Source: an uncultured bacterium
GTDB taxonomy: Bacteria > Patescibacteriota > JACMRA01
Length of the DNA: 64,000 bases
Direction of reading: 5' to 3'
NCBI GenBank assembly: GCA_963704645.1
Contig: OY969926.1
Span: forward strand, 1,208,641 to 1,272,640
The first letter of the stretch is position 1. Every line of letters begins with the position of its first letter. Below the pieces are notes generated by a model that did not search any database, had not been told where the DNA came from, and saw nothing but the letters and a program-made list of their open reading frames with translations. The position numbers and the translations under genes were made by a program. Shown here in pieces: positions 20,738-30,799 of this stretch.

Positions 20738-22002
20738 ATATATCTATCTTAAACAGAATAAACACTATAAGTAATGAGGTGTTGGAGGGAAAAAGTTCCA
20801 TATTAAATTCAGTAAATCAAATGAATGAACTAACAAGAAAATGTTTAATAGATCTTGGTTTAATTTTTTCTAAAAAGTTAAATTTAAATATTGAAGATTT
20901 GCCTTTTGCTCTTTGTATATTTGGATCGCCTTCAAGAAATTTAATGTTGCCCAATTCTGATTTAGATATAGGAATAATTTATACAGAGAATTGCACTGAG
21001 GAAATAAAAGCAGAATTAGCAGAATATGTAAAAAGCCTGCCCTTTGACAAAGTAGATATAGCGTCTTGGAATAGTATTTCTTCAATGAGCTATAAAGGTT
21101 GTATTGATATGATTGAATACAATAAAGCAGTAGATGCTCAGTTTGTAACTGGTAATAAATATTTGAAAGAACAATATATTAATGAAATAAAGCTTAAAGA
21201 TTCAATTGAGTCTAAATCTTCTAGATTCATTACCGAATATGGAATTCTGAGAGAATATGATTACATAAAAAAAGGTGGTAATTTTGGCCCTAATTTAAAA
21301 TATGATTTTGGGGCATCTAGGGATATTGTATTTTTTGATTGGTTTTACTGTTTATTTGAAAATCCTGAAGTAAATAAGAACAGTTCACCGTTATTCTTAA
21401 GAAGTTTGAAGCTATTAGTTAGAAATGAGGCTATTAATGCTACTAATTTTATTGAAATAAAACGAAGCATTGAATTAATTTTACTTGTTAAGTTTACTTT
21501 ACTTTATAAATTTAGAAATAATAACAATATAATGCTTCTTAGCCTAAGTAGTTTCTCCCTGCAGGAATGTTTTAACTATAGTAATGATTCTTTTAAAAAA
21601 ATAGGTATATATTCAGATGAAGATTTAATTAGCAGGTACTACAGATCTAAGCTAATCATCCATAATGCGATTGAATCACTTTACGAAATAGTGACAAGCA
21701 TTAATCCTGATTTTATGAAAAAATGGAATAAACTGAAAGAAAGCCAAGATTTAATACTTCCTGCTGACTGGAGTTACAACATAGAATTATGGCAACATTT
21801 AGTCCCTCAAGCAATTCATTCTACAAATTCTAACCTGTTAAGTGAGATTGTTGATCTTATTGCCAACGTTGACGGATTTGAATACATTCTTAGAATTATT
21901 AGTGAAAACAAATCTATAGATCAAAAGATTGTCAGCAGACTTATTAATTCTAAATTACCAGAAAAATATAAATCCAAACTACTAAGAACCTATGCAACTT
22001 AA
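20713..22002 (+). CDS. GlnD/GlnE-like nucleotidyltransferase lacking HD and ACT domains
   Basis: IFGSPSRNLMLPNSDLDIGII and GPNLKYDFGASRDI resemble GlnD GGYGR..L.P.SDlD and PNlK..GGLRDi. The gene overlaps both neighbours. Confidence 0.75.
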   Translation: MEEPRNNLNISILNRINTISNEVLEGKSSILNSVNQMNELTRKCLIDLGLIFSKKLNLNIEDLPFALCIFGSPSRNLMLPNSDLDIGIIYTENCTEEIKAELAEYVKSLPFDKVDIASWNSISSMSYKGCIDMIEYNKAVDAQFVTGNKYLKEQYINEIKLKDSIESKSSRFITEYGILREYDYIKKGGNFGPNLKYDFGASRDIVFFDWFYCLFENPEVNKNSSPLFLRSLKLLVRNEAINATNFIEIKRSIELILLVKFTLLYKFRNNNNIMLLSLSSFSLQECFNYSNDSFKKIGIYSDEDLISRYYRSKLIIHNAIESLYEIVTSINPDFMKKWNKLKESQDLILPADWSYNIELWQHLVPQAIHSTNSNLLSEIVDLIANVDGFEYILRIISENKSIDQKIVSRLINSKLPEKYKSKLLRTYAT

Positions 22003-22705
22003 ACTTCTAACTTTAAACTTATGGAGGTACTATGATTTTGAAAACAGAATTGATAAAATAATTTCAGAAATTAATAGGCTACAGCCCGATATTATTTTTT
22101 TCCAAGAAGTGCATATTGATGAAACTGTTTCTTGCTTTTCTCAGGTTGAAATAATTAAAGAAAAATTAAATGCATATCAATATTCAATTCACAGTACAAT
22201 ATATCCAAAAAATAGCCAGAGAGGAGTTAATTTAGAACAAGCTGTTCAGCATGGAATGGCAGTTTTATGTAAACACCCCATAACTAATTCATTTGAATAT
22301 TATTTAAAACAATCTGAAGATGAAAAGGAAATTAGATCCAATCTTTGTTTCGATATTATGTTAGATAACAAAATTATTAAACTGACTAACGTTCATTTTG
22401 GAAATAGAGAAAACTGGGCTAAAAAGCAATTTGAACAATTTGTTAATTACTTAAAAAATAGAAACGAATTAAGAATTATGGCAGGAGATTTTAATATGCA
22501 CGCTTTAAATGACTATAAAAATTTATATCCAGAGTATTTATCTTCAATTGGTTTTAAAGAATATATTTCCTTCCCGGAAAAAAACTGGTGCTTAGATTAT
22601 TTTTTGATACCTAAAAATATGAAGTTTTTGGAAGTCGAAGCAATTAACAATTATTTGTCTGATCACAGAGGCGTTTTCGCTGTTGTGAAAGTTTTGTCCA
22701 ACTAA
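21992..22705 (+). CDS. Endonuclease/exonuclease/phosphatase (EEP) family protein
   Basis: LTLNLW, DIIFFQEV, NVH, MAGDFN, LDYF and SDHR motifs. Confidence 0.92.
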   Translation: MQLKLLTLNLWRYYDFENRIDKIISEINRLQPDIIFFQEVHIDETVSCFSQVEIIKEKLNAYQYSIHSTIYPKNSQRGVNLEQAVQHGMAVLCKHPITNSFEYYLKQSEDEKEIRSNLCFDIMLDNKIIKLTNVHFGNRENWAKKQFEQFVNYLKNRNELRIMAGDFNMHALNDYKNLYPEYLSSIGFKEYISFPEKNWCLDYFLIPKNMKFLEVEAINNYLSDHRGVFAVVKVLSN

Positions 22706-22801
22706 CTCCTAGTCTTCCTCCAGTAATACCAATTTCTACCAACTAAAAATATTGCCTTGCTAAAATTTACAACCTGCGTCAGAAATAATTAATACTAATT
22801 T

Positions 22802-23773
22802 ATGTCTAACCGTAACCGTAAAATTTTGAAAATTGCTGGACTGGTTTTAGCTGGTGTTTTGGCATTTTGCCTTTTAACAATTGGTTCATTCTATTTGTTT
22901 ATACCAAGTCGTTTTACCAACCCAAAACCAGATCACTACCATTTTAGATTACAATATGTATTCCGCGGACAAGCTGAAAATTTTGGCGCACCACGCTACC
23001 AAGTAGATTATATAAAAGATGTTTGCACTGGCGGTTTAACAGAATCTCCCATTCACTTCCACGATAATATAGATCAAATAGTTCACTTGCACTGGCAAGG
23101 TATAACTGGAGGTGATGTATTAAAGTTTTACGGAGTAAACAAAGTTGGAGGGCTAGACGGTTATATGGGGCTTAAGCTAGATAAACTATTCCAGTTTCCA
23201 CCTACAATAACAACTGTGCCAATTCACAGTCAGTCTTTACCTAAAGCTTCTGGGGAAGACAAATATTTTGTTTACACAGGCGACAAAGACAAATTTGAAA
23301 AGAAAGATTTTGACCAATTTTTAAATCAAACTTTGGAGGATTTTTTGGATAAAGATAGCATACTAAGGCTACAACGTGAAGAATTGGAAAAGGAAGAAAA
23401 AAAGTCTAGCTATATTCCTAACCCTTTTGCCTCTGTTAATGCTTTAGCCCACGAAGGTGAAGAACATGCTACAGTTACTGAAGCCGAACAGCATGAAATA
23501 GATGTTAGAAAAACTGAACTGGAGAAAAAAGCAATTGAAGAAAGAAACAATATAGCCAAGACCAGCAGTCTAGACAGCACGGTTATAAAAGTTGCAACGG
23601 CAGATAAAACTGAGGGTGATGCCACTACAAAAACTGAGGAGGAGCTAAAAGAAATTAACAATTTAATAGGAAATATAGTTATATTCGTACAACCAGACGA
23701 ACCTACTAATGAACAAGTACAAGCCAGATTCAACAACCTTCAGCCACTTGGTTTAAGCGTTTGTGGAGGGTAG
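22802..23773 (+). CDS. Membrane-anchored His-rich hypothetical protein (possible metal binding)
   Basis: N-terminal TM helix; DHYHF, IHFHD..IVHLHW and HEGEEH motifs. Confidence 0.75.
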   Translation: MSNRNRKILKIAGLVLAGVLAFCLLTIGSFYLFIPSRFTNPKPDHYHFRLQYVFRGQAENFGAPRYQVDYIKDVCTGGLTESPIHFHDNIDQIVHLHWQGITGGDVLKFYGVNKVGGLDGYMGLKLDKLFQFPPTITTVPIHSQSLPKASGEDKYFVYTGDKDKFEKKDFDQFLNQTLEDFLDKDSILRLQREELEKEEKKSSYIPNPFASVNALAHEGEEHATVTEAEQHEIDVRKTELEKKAIEERNNIAKTSSLDSTVIKVATADKTEGDATTKTEEELKEINNLIGNIVIFVQPDEPTNEQVQARFNNLQPLGLSVCGG

Positions 23774-23867
23774 TTAGTAGAAATATTATTAGTAAGTTTT
23801 TTAGATTGCTATACTGGCCAAATAGCATTTTGCATGGTACAATGCTAATATAACTAATTATCAATTA

Positions 23868-24860
23868 ATGTCCGAAACTCGTACCATCACATTCATTCCA
23901 GCAGGCGCAAGCAGCAATATAGTCTCTGCAAAAATTCCAGATGGACAAAGAAAGCCTGAAAGAAAAGGTTTGGGAGTAAAAGAAAAAGATGGACGAGAAC
24001 CAATGTCACTAGGTGAGCTGGTAAGCACTAAATCAATTTCTAACATACTTAAAATAAATGGCTCCAAGGATGTAGATGAAGATTTAATTGATAATATTGA
24101 TACTTTAGGTGAAGACAGAAGCTCTCCTAAATATTTTTATGAAATGCAAGTAAAAGAAAGTGTTAAAGCTTTAAGAATGTGCCTTCAAAGAAATAATGAG
24201 TATGCTATAAAAAAGCAGCAAATAAAGACTGATTTCAACGATAAACTTAAAAGTGTAAAATCCCACATTAGTAACATAAAGGTTGAAGAAATTGCTCGTG
24301 AAGCTTATAATTTAAGATGTGAAAGCTTAGATTTACCAAGATCACAAGATATACAAGGAGAAGATTTATACATCCAGCCAGAAATTCAAGCTAGAATAAT
24401 TATGGTTCAAAAAGCTTTGCGTGAACTTAAAGATGTAAATGAGACTAGGCCAATTATGAATTATGAGACTGGCATATCTGAAATTGCAGTGAAAATTTGG
24501 GATTATTGCCGAACAGGAGAAACATTAGATCCTGATAAATTCATTAACAATTTAATTTCCGAGCTTCCTCTATCTACAACCCGACAGGTAAACACTTTTT
24601 GCTTTGCTTTGGCATCGGCTAGAATTAATGGAATATCGGAACAAGAAAAATATTTTGTTGATGCCTGTATAGATATTTTGTCTAGAAAAGTCTTTTCAAA
24701 CGAAGAAATTCAATTAGCAATTACGACCAATATAGATAAAATTAAAGAATATATTTCAGGGTTGGAATCGTCAAAAAATGAAACAAGACTGCGATACTTG
24801 GAAGACGCTGAGCTTATAGTTAGGAATAGAACTGGCAATAAAACTTTTAAATTTAGCTAA
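23868..24860 (+). CDS. Hypothetical helical protein
   Basis: 330-aa ORF with TGGTACAAT (extended -10-like) upstream; no motif recognised. Confidence 0.7.
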   Translation: MSETRTITFIPAGASSNIVSAKIPDGQRKPERKGLGVKEKDGREPMSLGELVSTKSISNILKINGSKDVDEDLIDNIDTLGEDRSSPKYFYEMQVKESVKALRMCLQRNNEYAIKKQQIKTDFNDKLKSVKSHISNIKVEEIAREAYNLRCESLDLPRSQDIQGEDLYIQPEIQARIIMVQKALRELKDVNETRPIMNYETGISEIAVKIWDYCRTGETLDPDKFINNLISELPLSTTRQVNTFCFALASARINGISEQEKYFVDACIDILSRKVFSNEEIQLAITTNIDKIKEYISGLESSKNETRLRYLEDAELIVRNRTGNKTFKFS

Positions 24861-24920
24861 TTGTTTTACCTAAACATTTATTAGTTTAATAAGTCTTAAC
24901 GCTAATTCAAAAAATAGTAT

Positions 24921-26693
24921 TTACTCAACTCTACCAACCTGCCCAGTATACCTAACTAACTTAGGAATCCAGATTGTGCCAATAATAGCAATATAAACAA
25001 CTAAAATTAAAATGTTTAGCCAGGTGGTTAAAATAAATAAATTTATTAGGGCAATTAAGGTTCCTATAAATAAAATTCCTGGTGATAATTTTGCAAAAAT
25101 AAGTTTAATAACAAACCATACTTGAGCCATAATTTGAATATATTTGTTGTCTATTTCTGGTCTTAGTGTTTGACCTAAAAATACTGCAGGTCTAGTTTCT
25201 GGCATTATTACATTTTCATTATAACTTTTTCCATTATCTACAAAATGAATTTCGTAAGAACCAGGTTCAACTTTAAATATATATTCACCATCATTTTCTG
25301 AATAATATTCAGCTTCTTTTAATAAACTAACTAAATCAAATAATTCCACTTTTGCACCTGCTACAGCCTTACCATTTGAATTTAAAGCATAGCCTCTAAT
25401 TTCTCGTTTTTTATCTGATAGAAGAAGGTTCAGAATAGCCAAAGATAGTACGAACAAACTTAGGAAAGAAAAATACTGCAAAGCTTTAAGCGAGGCTTCT
25501 AAACTTTTAATTGCATTTAAATTTCCAAAAACAGGTTTAGATAAAAAATCATTTAGAAAAGAACTTTCCCAGGGTGTAGCCGATAGTAAACTGTTGGCAG
25601 ATTTTTCTTCTTCAAATTCAGCCCTAAGCTGACTCATTTCTTCTGGAGAATATCCACCTGTTCTAATGGTTGAACCTCCTGTTGAAGGTAGCACATTTCC
25701 ACCATTACTTCCGCTACCTCCAATACCACTCCCCCCTACTCCTGTAGCACCATTTGGATTTAAAAAGGCTGGGCAAATAATTTGCTGGGCAATAGTTGGA
25801 GGAATATTAAAAACAATCTGATTATTTGAAGCATTATTTACTAGATCTTGAGTAATTACTCTTACCGTACTTGCTGCATCGGTTGGAATTGTATTCCTTG
25901 GGGTTATAACAAAAGTATAATTTAAATTTGAACCAGTGTAACTAACAGCAGAATCTGAGGCTAAATATTCATCGTTGTTAATATAGAATTTTGTTTTGCT
26001 TAAATCTACACCTGCTTGATTATCTGTAATTTGAATAGTTACTTTAGAATTTGCAGCCACTCCGGTATCGTAAGCTTTTGGGGTTTGGTTAATAATTTTA
26101 GGCGGCTCTTTGTCTGCTTGGCAAAAATCGGTTTTAAATGTGTAGCTTCCATTTCCAACAGAACTTAGTAAATCGTCACTTGTGGAAGAATCGGCTATAT
26201 TACTGTCTAAAGTAGCCCCTACTCCGCTAAACTTAATTTGAAAACTGGTTGAAGTAACTCCAGGTTTACTTTGAAATTCAATGGTAGCAAAAGTTTTTCT
26301 GGAAGTTAAATTTCCCACAAAAGAGGCACCAGCTAAACGAATGCGGCTTAAACTAGAATTTACATCGTTTCCAAAATAAGTTTCGTAGGCATTCCCAGCT
26401 TTAATTTGTATTCCAGGAATAGATGAATCTGAGTCTAAAATATCTATTTCATTAGGGTTATATTGCACTTCAATATCTGCGGCGTTTGAAGTTTGGCCTG
26501 TAGCATTTGCGTCAATATTTAACCCTGTCTTACAACCTGCTAATAATTGTCCAGAAGTTGGATTAAAATCAAAACTTGCAGCACTAACAAACAAGCTTGA
26601 ACAACTAAGAATTCCTAGAAATAGACCAGAAACAGCCAAACCTATGGACGCAGCTTTAGGCCTTAAGATTTGAATGTTTTTTAAAATGGTCAT
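24921..26693 (-). CDS. Cohesin-domain membrane protein (cohesin, Ig-like, Gly linker, TM, carboxypeptidase-regulatory-like, TMs)
   Basis: LNIDANATGQTSNAADIEVQYNPNEIDIL..FATIEFQSK is cohesin-like. IRGYALNSNGKAVAGAKVELF..YSENDGEYIFKVEPGSYEI is transthyretin-like. Confidence 0.75.
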   Translation of the reverse strand: MTILKNIQILRPKAASIGLAVSGLFLGILSCSSLFVSAASFDFNPTSGQLLAGCKTGLNIDANATGQTSNAADIEVQYNPNEIDILDSDSSIPGIQIKAGNAYETYFGNDVNSSLSRIRLAGASFVGNLTSRKTFATIEFQSKPGVTSTSFQIKFSGVGATLDSNIADSSTSDDLLSSVGNGSYTFKTDFCQADKEPPKIINQTPKAYDTGVAANSKVTIQITDNQAGVDLSKTKFYINNDEYLASDSAVSYTGSNLNYTFVITPRNTIPTDAASTVRVITQDLVNNASNNQIVFNIPPTIAQQIICPAFLNPNGATGVGGSGIGGSGSNGGNVLPSTGGSTIRTGGYSPEEMSQLRAEFEEEKSANSLLSATPWESSFLNDFLSKPVFGNLNAIKSLEASLKALQYFSFLSLFVLSLAILNLLLSDKKREIRGYALNSNGKAVAGAKVELFDLVSLLKEAEYYSENDGEYIFKVEPGSYEIHFVDNGKSYNENVIMPETRPAVFLGQTLRPEIDNKYIQIMAQVWFVIKLIFAKLSPGILFIGTLIALINLFILTTWLNILILVVYIAIIGTIWIPKLVRYTGQVGRVE

Positions 26694-26746
26694 TTTGTTT
26701 TTGTTTTTGTTTGTTTAAAGTTTAGTATGTTTTGTGAATCCTTAAA

Positions 26747-27370
26747 CTAATCTCCAGTTCTATAAAAATTATAAACAGTGTTAGAAAAATCTAGAGAATT
26801 TACTTTGCCGTCACGGTTTAAATCATTTTTTTCGTCGTCAGTTTTATAAAAAGCTCTAACTTGAGTGGAAGCGTCTAAAGAATTAATTTTATTATCAAAA
26901 ATATTACTAGTTTCACCCGCTAATAAAACTCTTCCACCGGTAGTTAAATCGGACACTGTATTTTCACTATCAAAAGCCTGCTGTAAAGGAAAACTTTTGC
27001 GTAAATGCGAAAGCCCTCGAACGTAAAAATTATAAATTCCTGGTTCTAAAATTATATTGTTAGCACAAGCATTAAAAGTAACATCACCAGCAGAATTGCT
27101 TCTAGCTTGCATAGTACCTTGAAATTGATTGAGTATATTGTAAATTTCCACAGTTACTAAAGTTCCCGAATTGCCAGTACGTGGAATTCTTTTTTCTGGA
27201 TAAACTTTTAAATTTAGCAAACACACCCTTGGAGCTTTAATTTCTAAAGTTATTGTGGTTTGACTTGTTCCCTGAGCTAAAGTGGATACAGCAGATACGG
27301 GCAAGAAAATAACGCCTAATAACAAAAAGGCTAAAACTTTGATGGGTAATTTTAAATAACTGCTTTGCAT
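26747..27370 (-). CDS. Secreted protein with a C-terminal dockerin-like (duplicated EF-hand) domain
   Basis: Signal peptide; GETSNIFDNKINSLD..DLNRDGKVNSLDFS. Confidence 0.75.
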   Translation of the reverse strand: MQSSYLKLPIKVLAFLLLGVIFLPVSAVSTLAQGTSQTTITLEIKAPRVCLLNLKVYPEKRIPRTGNSGTLVTVEIYNILNQFQGTMQARSNSAGDVTFNACANNIILEPGIYNFYVRGLSHLRKSFPLQQAFDSENTVSDLTTGGRVLLAGETSNIFDNKINSLDASTQVRAFYKTDDEKNDLNRDGKVNSLDFSNTVYNFYRTGD

Positions 27371-27468
27371 AAATGAACGTACAAAAAGTTATGCTGTACA
27401 TAGTGTATTTTATATTCACTTTTTGGGCAAAAAGAAAGCCCCAATTTAGGGGGTAAGTGTAAATAAAA

Positions 27469-27786
27469 TTACACGCCTGTAATAGTACCACTGATTACTA
27501 TCATTTCTTCAAAACCAAACTCTACAAGCTTGCCTAGTAAAATATATGGGTTAGCATCTAGTTTTATTTTAATTAGAATTAGTTTATGATCGCCTGAATT
27601 GCTAAGTGATGTATAAATGTCCTCTAGAGTGCGATTATTACTATCTATATCCATTACAAAAATGTCAGATTCCTGAATGAAAGTACCCATTGTTCTGCAC
27701 ATTTCTCTTATTTTTTTAATATATAAATTAGAGATATAATAGTATAAACCATCCCGAGCCTGTATAAGAATAAAGTGTTTTGACAT
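27469..27786 (-). CDS. Small hypothetical protein
   Basis: 105-aa ORF followed by a CCCC/GGGG hairpin at ~27436-27454. Confidence 0.5.
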   Translation of the reverse strand: MSKHFILIQARDGLYYYISNLYIKKIREMCRTMGTFIQESDIFVMDIDSNNRTLEDIYTSLSNSGDHKLILIKIKLDANPYILLGKLVEFGFEEMIVISGTITGV

Positions 27787-28064
27787 TAAAAACTTTGCAC
27801 CAAATTGCTTACTTTATGTGTTTAATCATAATTGCTATATTTTAATCAAGTCTGGACGATACTTTGGAGTAATTAAACAAAACTAAGTCTTCATGATTTT
27901 AACTTTAACCGATTATTATTTGATATAATAATTTATATTTGTAACCCAAGTCGAATTAGAATTTTTTTTAAACTCATATGAAAATTTTGGAAAATAAAAC
28001 CCCAATTAAAAAATTGAGGATAATTGTGGTCTGATCAAGATTATTTCATTTTAAAAAATTAATC

Positions 28065-28469
28065 TTATGAGCAAACTTCAACGAAGTTATTTCCACGAAA
28101 GAAATCTCTGATTAGTCTTAAAGCCGAACCTACATCTTTACCACTTTTACCACCATCTTTTTCTGTATAATAGATACTGACTATACATACAGTACATGGT
28201 AAATTACCAGCATCCTGATCGGAAACGTTTAGTCGTTTAGATGCTTCATGTGTGTGAGGATGGTTGCTCTTAAGACAACCAGGTGCGTGGTCAGGATAGA
28301 CACTGCTAAAAGGCAGGGAAGCACAGAATTTAGCAACTATTGGCATTCCAAAAAATGGAAATAGGTAGCTTGTTTGTTTGTCTGACCAGACTTTGACAAA
28401 TGGAACCACATATTCAGCATTTAAGTTAGATGTAATTGATAAAGCCGACATTAAGATGTACCATTTCAA
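28065..28469 (-). CDS. Small Cys/His-containing hypothetical protein
   Basis: 134-aa ORF containing C..HPHTH..CTVC; start codon uncertain (TTG). Confidence 0.45.
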   Translation of the reverse strand: MKWYILMSALSITSNLNAEYVVPFVKVWSDKQTSYLFPFFGMPIVAKFCASLPFSSVYPDHAPGCLKSNHPHTHEASKRLNVSDQDAGNLPCTVCIVSIYYTEKDGGKSGKDVGSALRLIRDFFRGNNFVEVCS

Positions 28470-28578
28470 TAGTTTAGTAGATTAAAACTATCGTCTGAGA
28501 CGCTGATTAAATATTTATTTGTAGGCAAGTCAAAAAACTATCGACAGGATTTTGTACGTAAACACTTGTAAATTTAAA

Positions 28579-29316
28579 TTAGGGATTATTAACAACACTA
28601 TCTAAAATATTTTGCTCGATTAAAGTAATATCAAATATGCCCATGCTTAGTAAGTTGGTTTGAAGGGTTTTATCAAGCCCTGCAATAATGCCTATTCCCA
28701 CAAGTATAAATATAATTCCTAAGCTTTTCTTAAACCAACCGTTTGGATTGGCAAAAACCCTTAATTTTACAACCAGTTGTCTTCCTAGTAAAGAAATAGC
28801 CAGCATTATAGACGCAAGACCGATGCCGTAAATAATTATATAAACTAAACCTTCAAAGAAACTAACTGGCAAAATAGTTGCAATAATTAGAAAATAAGTT
28901 GGACTACAACTTGCAAAAACTGGGCCTAAAGCAGCTCCAACAATTAGCGATCCTAAAGGGCTATCTTTCTGACTAGCTTTGTCTAAATTTTTATCAGCAG
29001 CACCCGACAAATTTAATTTAATTGAAATATTATTCCATAATTCAGGGAAAATATATATTAATCCAAAACCAATTATTATTCCCCCAGAAATATACTTCCA
29101 GAAATTTGGGTCAATAGAAATTAGTAAAGTAGTTGCCTTCAACAAAATTGTGAATATTGTTATAGATATTACCAAACCTAAAGTTACTAAATACGGCTTC
29201 CACCAACTTTTAGCAGATACTGAACTTCCAATAATTATTGGCAATAAGGGCAGCACACAAGGTGCTAGAACAGTAAGAATGCCCGATACAAAAGATACTG
29301 CAGCAAGTGAAAACAT
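28579..29316 (-). CDS. ccdA: Cytochrome c biogenesis CcdA/DsbD-family membrane disulfide reductase
   Basis: GILTVLAPCVLPLLP and GPVFASCSPT, with about 6 TM helices. Confidence 0.9.
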   Translation of the reverse strand: MFSLAAVSFVSGILTVLAPCVLPLLPIIIGSSVSAKSWWKPYLVTLGLVISITIFTILLKATTLLISIDPNFWKYISGGIIIGFGLIYIFPELWNNISIKLNLSGAADKNLDKASQKDSPLGSLIVGAALGPVFASCSPTYFLIIATILPVSFFEGLVYIIIYGIGLASIMLAISLLGRQLVVKLRVFANPNGWFKKSLGIIFILVGIGIIAGLDKTLQTNLLSMGIFDITLIEQNILDSVVNNP

Positions 29317-29319
29317 AAA

Positions 29320-29904
29320 TTAATTGATGAAGTAATTGTTAATTTTATCTACAGTACTTAGGCCAAATGTTTTCTTAATTAGATTACCATTTTCATCTAC
29401 TTCAACAAAAGTATGTTGGAAAGTAACTCCGTACTTTTGTTTCAAGCTTGTTTCTTTGTCATAGTCTGCACTTAATAAAATCAATTTTGGATCTATCTTA
29501 GATAAATTAGAATTTATGTCTTTAACTGCCGCTTGGCATGTTGAACACCATGAGGCATTAAAAAATATAACCACTTTTTTTCCATCTTTTGCATTAGATA
29601 AAAGACTTTGGTCATAATTTTGGTAGGTTCCAGAAGTAACAACAGGTTCAGACATTTTATCTCCACTATTTTCCATAGCAACAGACATAGCGTCTTTTGG
29701 ACTATCTTTGCTCATTGCAGTTTCTTGCATCATTTTAGAATCATCATTTTTATTTAATACTAAACTTGTCTCCGTTTTCTTTTTTTCTTCAATAGAATTG
29801 CTATACCCATAAAGTGCAAAAGCACCGCTTACAATAATTAAACCTGCAACTATAGCAGTAATAATTAAATTATTATTTTTAGAATTGTTGTTTGTAGTTT
29901 GCAT
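29320..29904 (-). CDS. Membrane-anchored thioredoxin-like protein
   Basis: N-terminal TM; FFNASWCSTC; KYGVTFQHTFV. Confidence 0.9.
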   Translation of the reverse strand: MQTTNNNSKNNNLIITAIVAGLIIVSGAFALYGYSNSIEEKKKTETSLVLNKNDDSKMMQETAMSKDSPKDAMSVAMENSGDKMSEPVVTSGTYQNYDQSLLSNAKDGKKVVIFFNASWCSTCQAAVKDINSNLSKIDPKLILLSADYDKETSLKQKYGVTFQHTFVEVDENGNLIKKTFGLSTVDKINNYFIN

Positions 29905-29954
29905 AGATATACTGATTTATATTCAGCTCGTATTAAATTTAAAGTATTTTAAAC

Positions 29955-29983
29955 TGTCAACCCTAGGGGGGTATAGTTTGACA
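29955..29983. promoter_or_regulatory. CsoR/RcnR-family operator between divergent -35 boxes
   Basis: TGTCAA-CCCTAGGGGGGTATAGT-TTGACA: a C/G tract flanked by outward-facing TTGACA hexamers, in the intergenic region of the repressor gene. Confidence 0.7.
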
Positions 29984-30027
29984 TATTACATTAAATACAG
30001 TTAATATATTTTAACAATAAATAAAAT

Positions 30028-30321
30028 ATGATATTTAGAAAACAAACTAAAATAGTTGGTAAGCACTTTATACTTTCTGAAAAAGATAAGCAAACAATAG
30101 TTTCTTCAATTAAAAAAATAATTGGCCAGCTTGAAGCAATTAAAACCGATGTTCAAAATGACAATGCCTGTGACGAAACTTTGGTACAAATTATGGCCGC
30201 CAAAGGAGGTGTAGAAAGTATGGGAAGAAACCTTGTAGGAAAAGGTATTTTAGATTGTCTAAACCAATATTCAAGGGAAGAACTAGAATTAGTAGTTAAA
30301 AATTTGTTTAAGTTAGATTAA
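30028..30321 (+). CDS. CsoR/RcnR-family transcriptional repressor (Cys-x-Cys, CstR-like)
   Basis: IKKIIGQLEAIKTDVQNDNACDETLVQIMAAKGGV..GILDCL. Confidence 0.88.
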   Translation: MIFRKQTKIVGKHFILSEKDKQTIVSSIKKIIGQLEAIKTDVQNDNACDETLVQIMAAKGGVESMGRNLVGKGILDCLNQYSREELELVVKNLFKLD

Positions 30322-30460
30322 AAGAAAATAGTATAGAATTAGATTTATTTGAAAAAGAAAACCTATCAATATTTAGATTAAAATTTCTTTGAGACTAATT
30401 AAACTAAAAAGTGTAAAGTAATTTTTTGAGTAAAAAGAATGCCCCATTTTTTGGAGCTAT

Positions 30461-30799
30461 TTAAACTGGAATATAGGTCTGGCAATCGCATTTCTTATTA
30501 TCTAGAAGATGTTTTAGAAATTCAATAACAACATTTATAACAATTTCATCGTTAGGTGAGTTTAACTTAAATGATACTACACTTAAATCAGCCCAACTAT
30601 CAGCTTCAAGAATTTGGCATATGTCTTCAATATAACTATTCAATTCTTGAACATCAAAATACTTTGGTTTAACTTCATAATATAAAATTAATCTATCGTA
30701 TTCTTCCTCTATTAAATACCAATGATAGCAACTAAAATATAATTCTATAGTACTTGCTTTTGAGTTAAACATTCTTACAATCGCCGGTGGATTATTCAT
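30461..30799 (-). CDS. Small acidic hypothetical protein
   Basis: 112-aa ORF with ATG start and a GCCCC hairpin downstream. Confidence 0.5.
   Translation of the reverse strand: MNNPPAIVRMFNSKASTIELYFSCYHWYLIEEEYDRLILYYEVKPKYFDVQELNSYIEDICQILEADSWADLSVVSFKLNSPNDEIVINVVIEFLKHLLDNKKCDCQTYIPV

Noticed and set aside
20024-22002. CBASS CD-NTase call
   Set aside because: The motifs fit minimal and GlnD-like NTases better, and no recognisable Cap effector is adjacent. It cannot be fully excluded without an HMM search.
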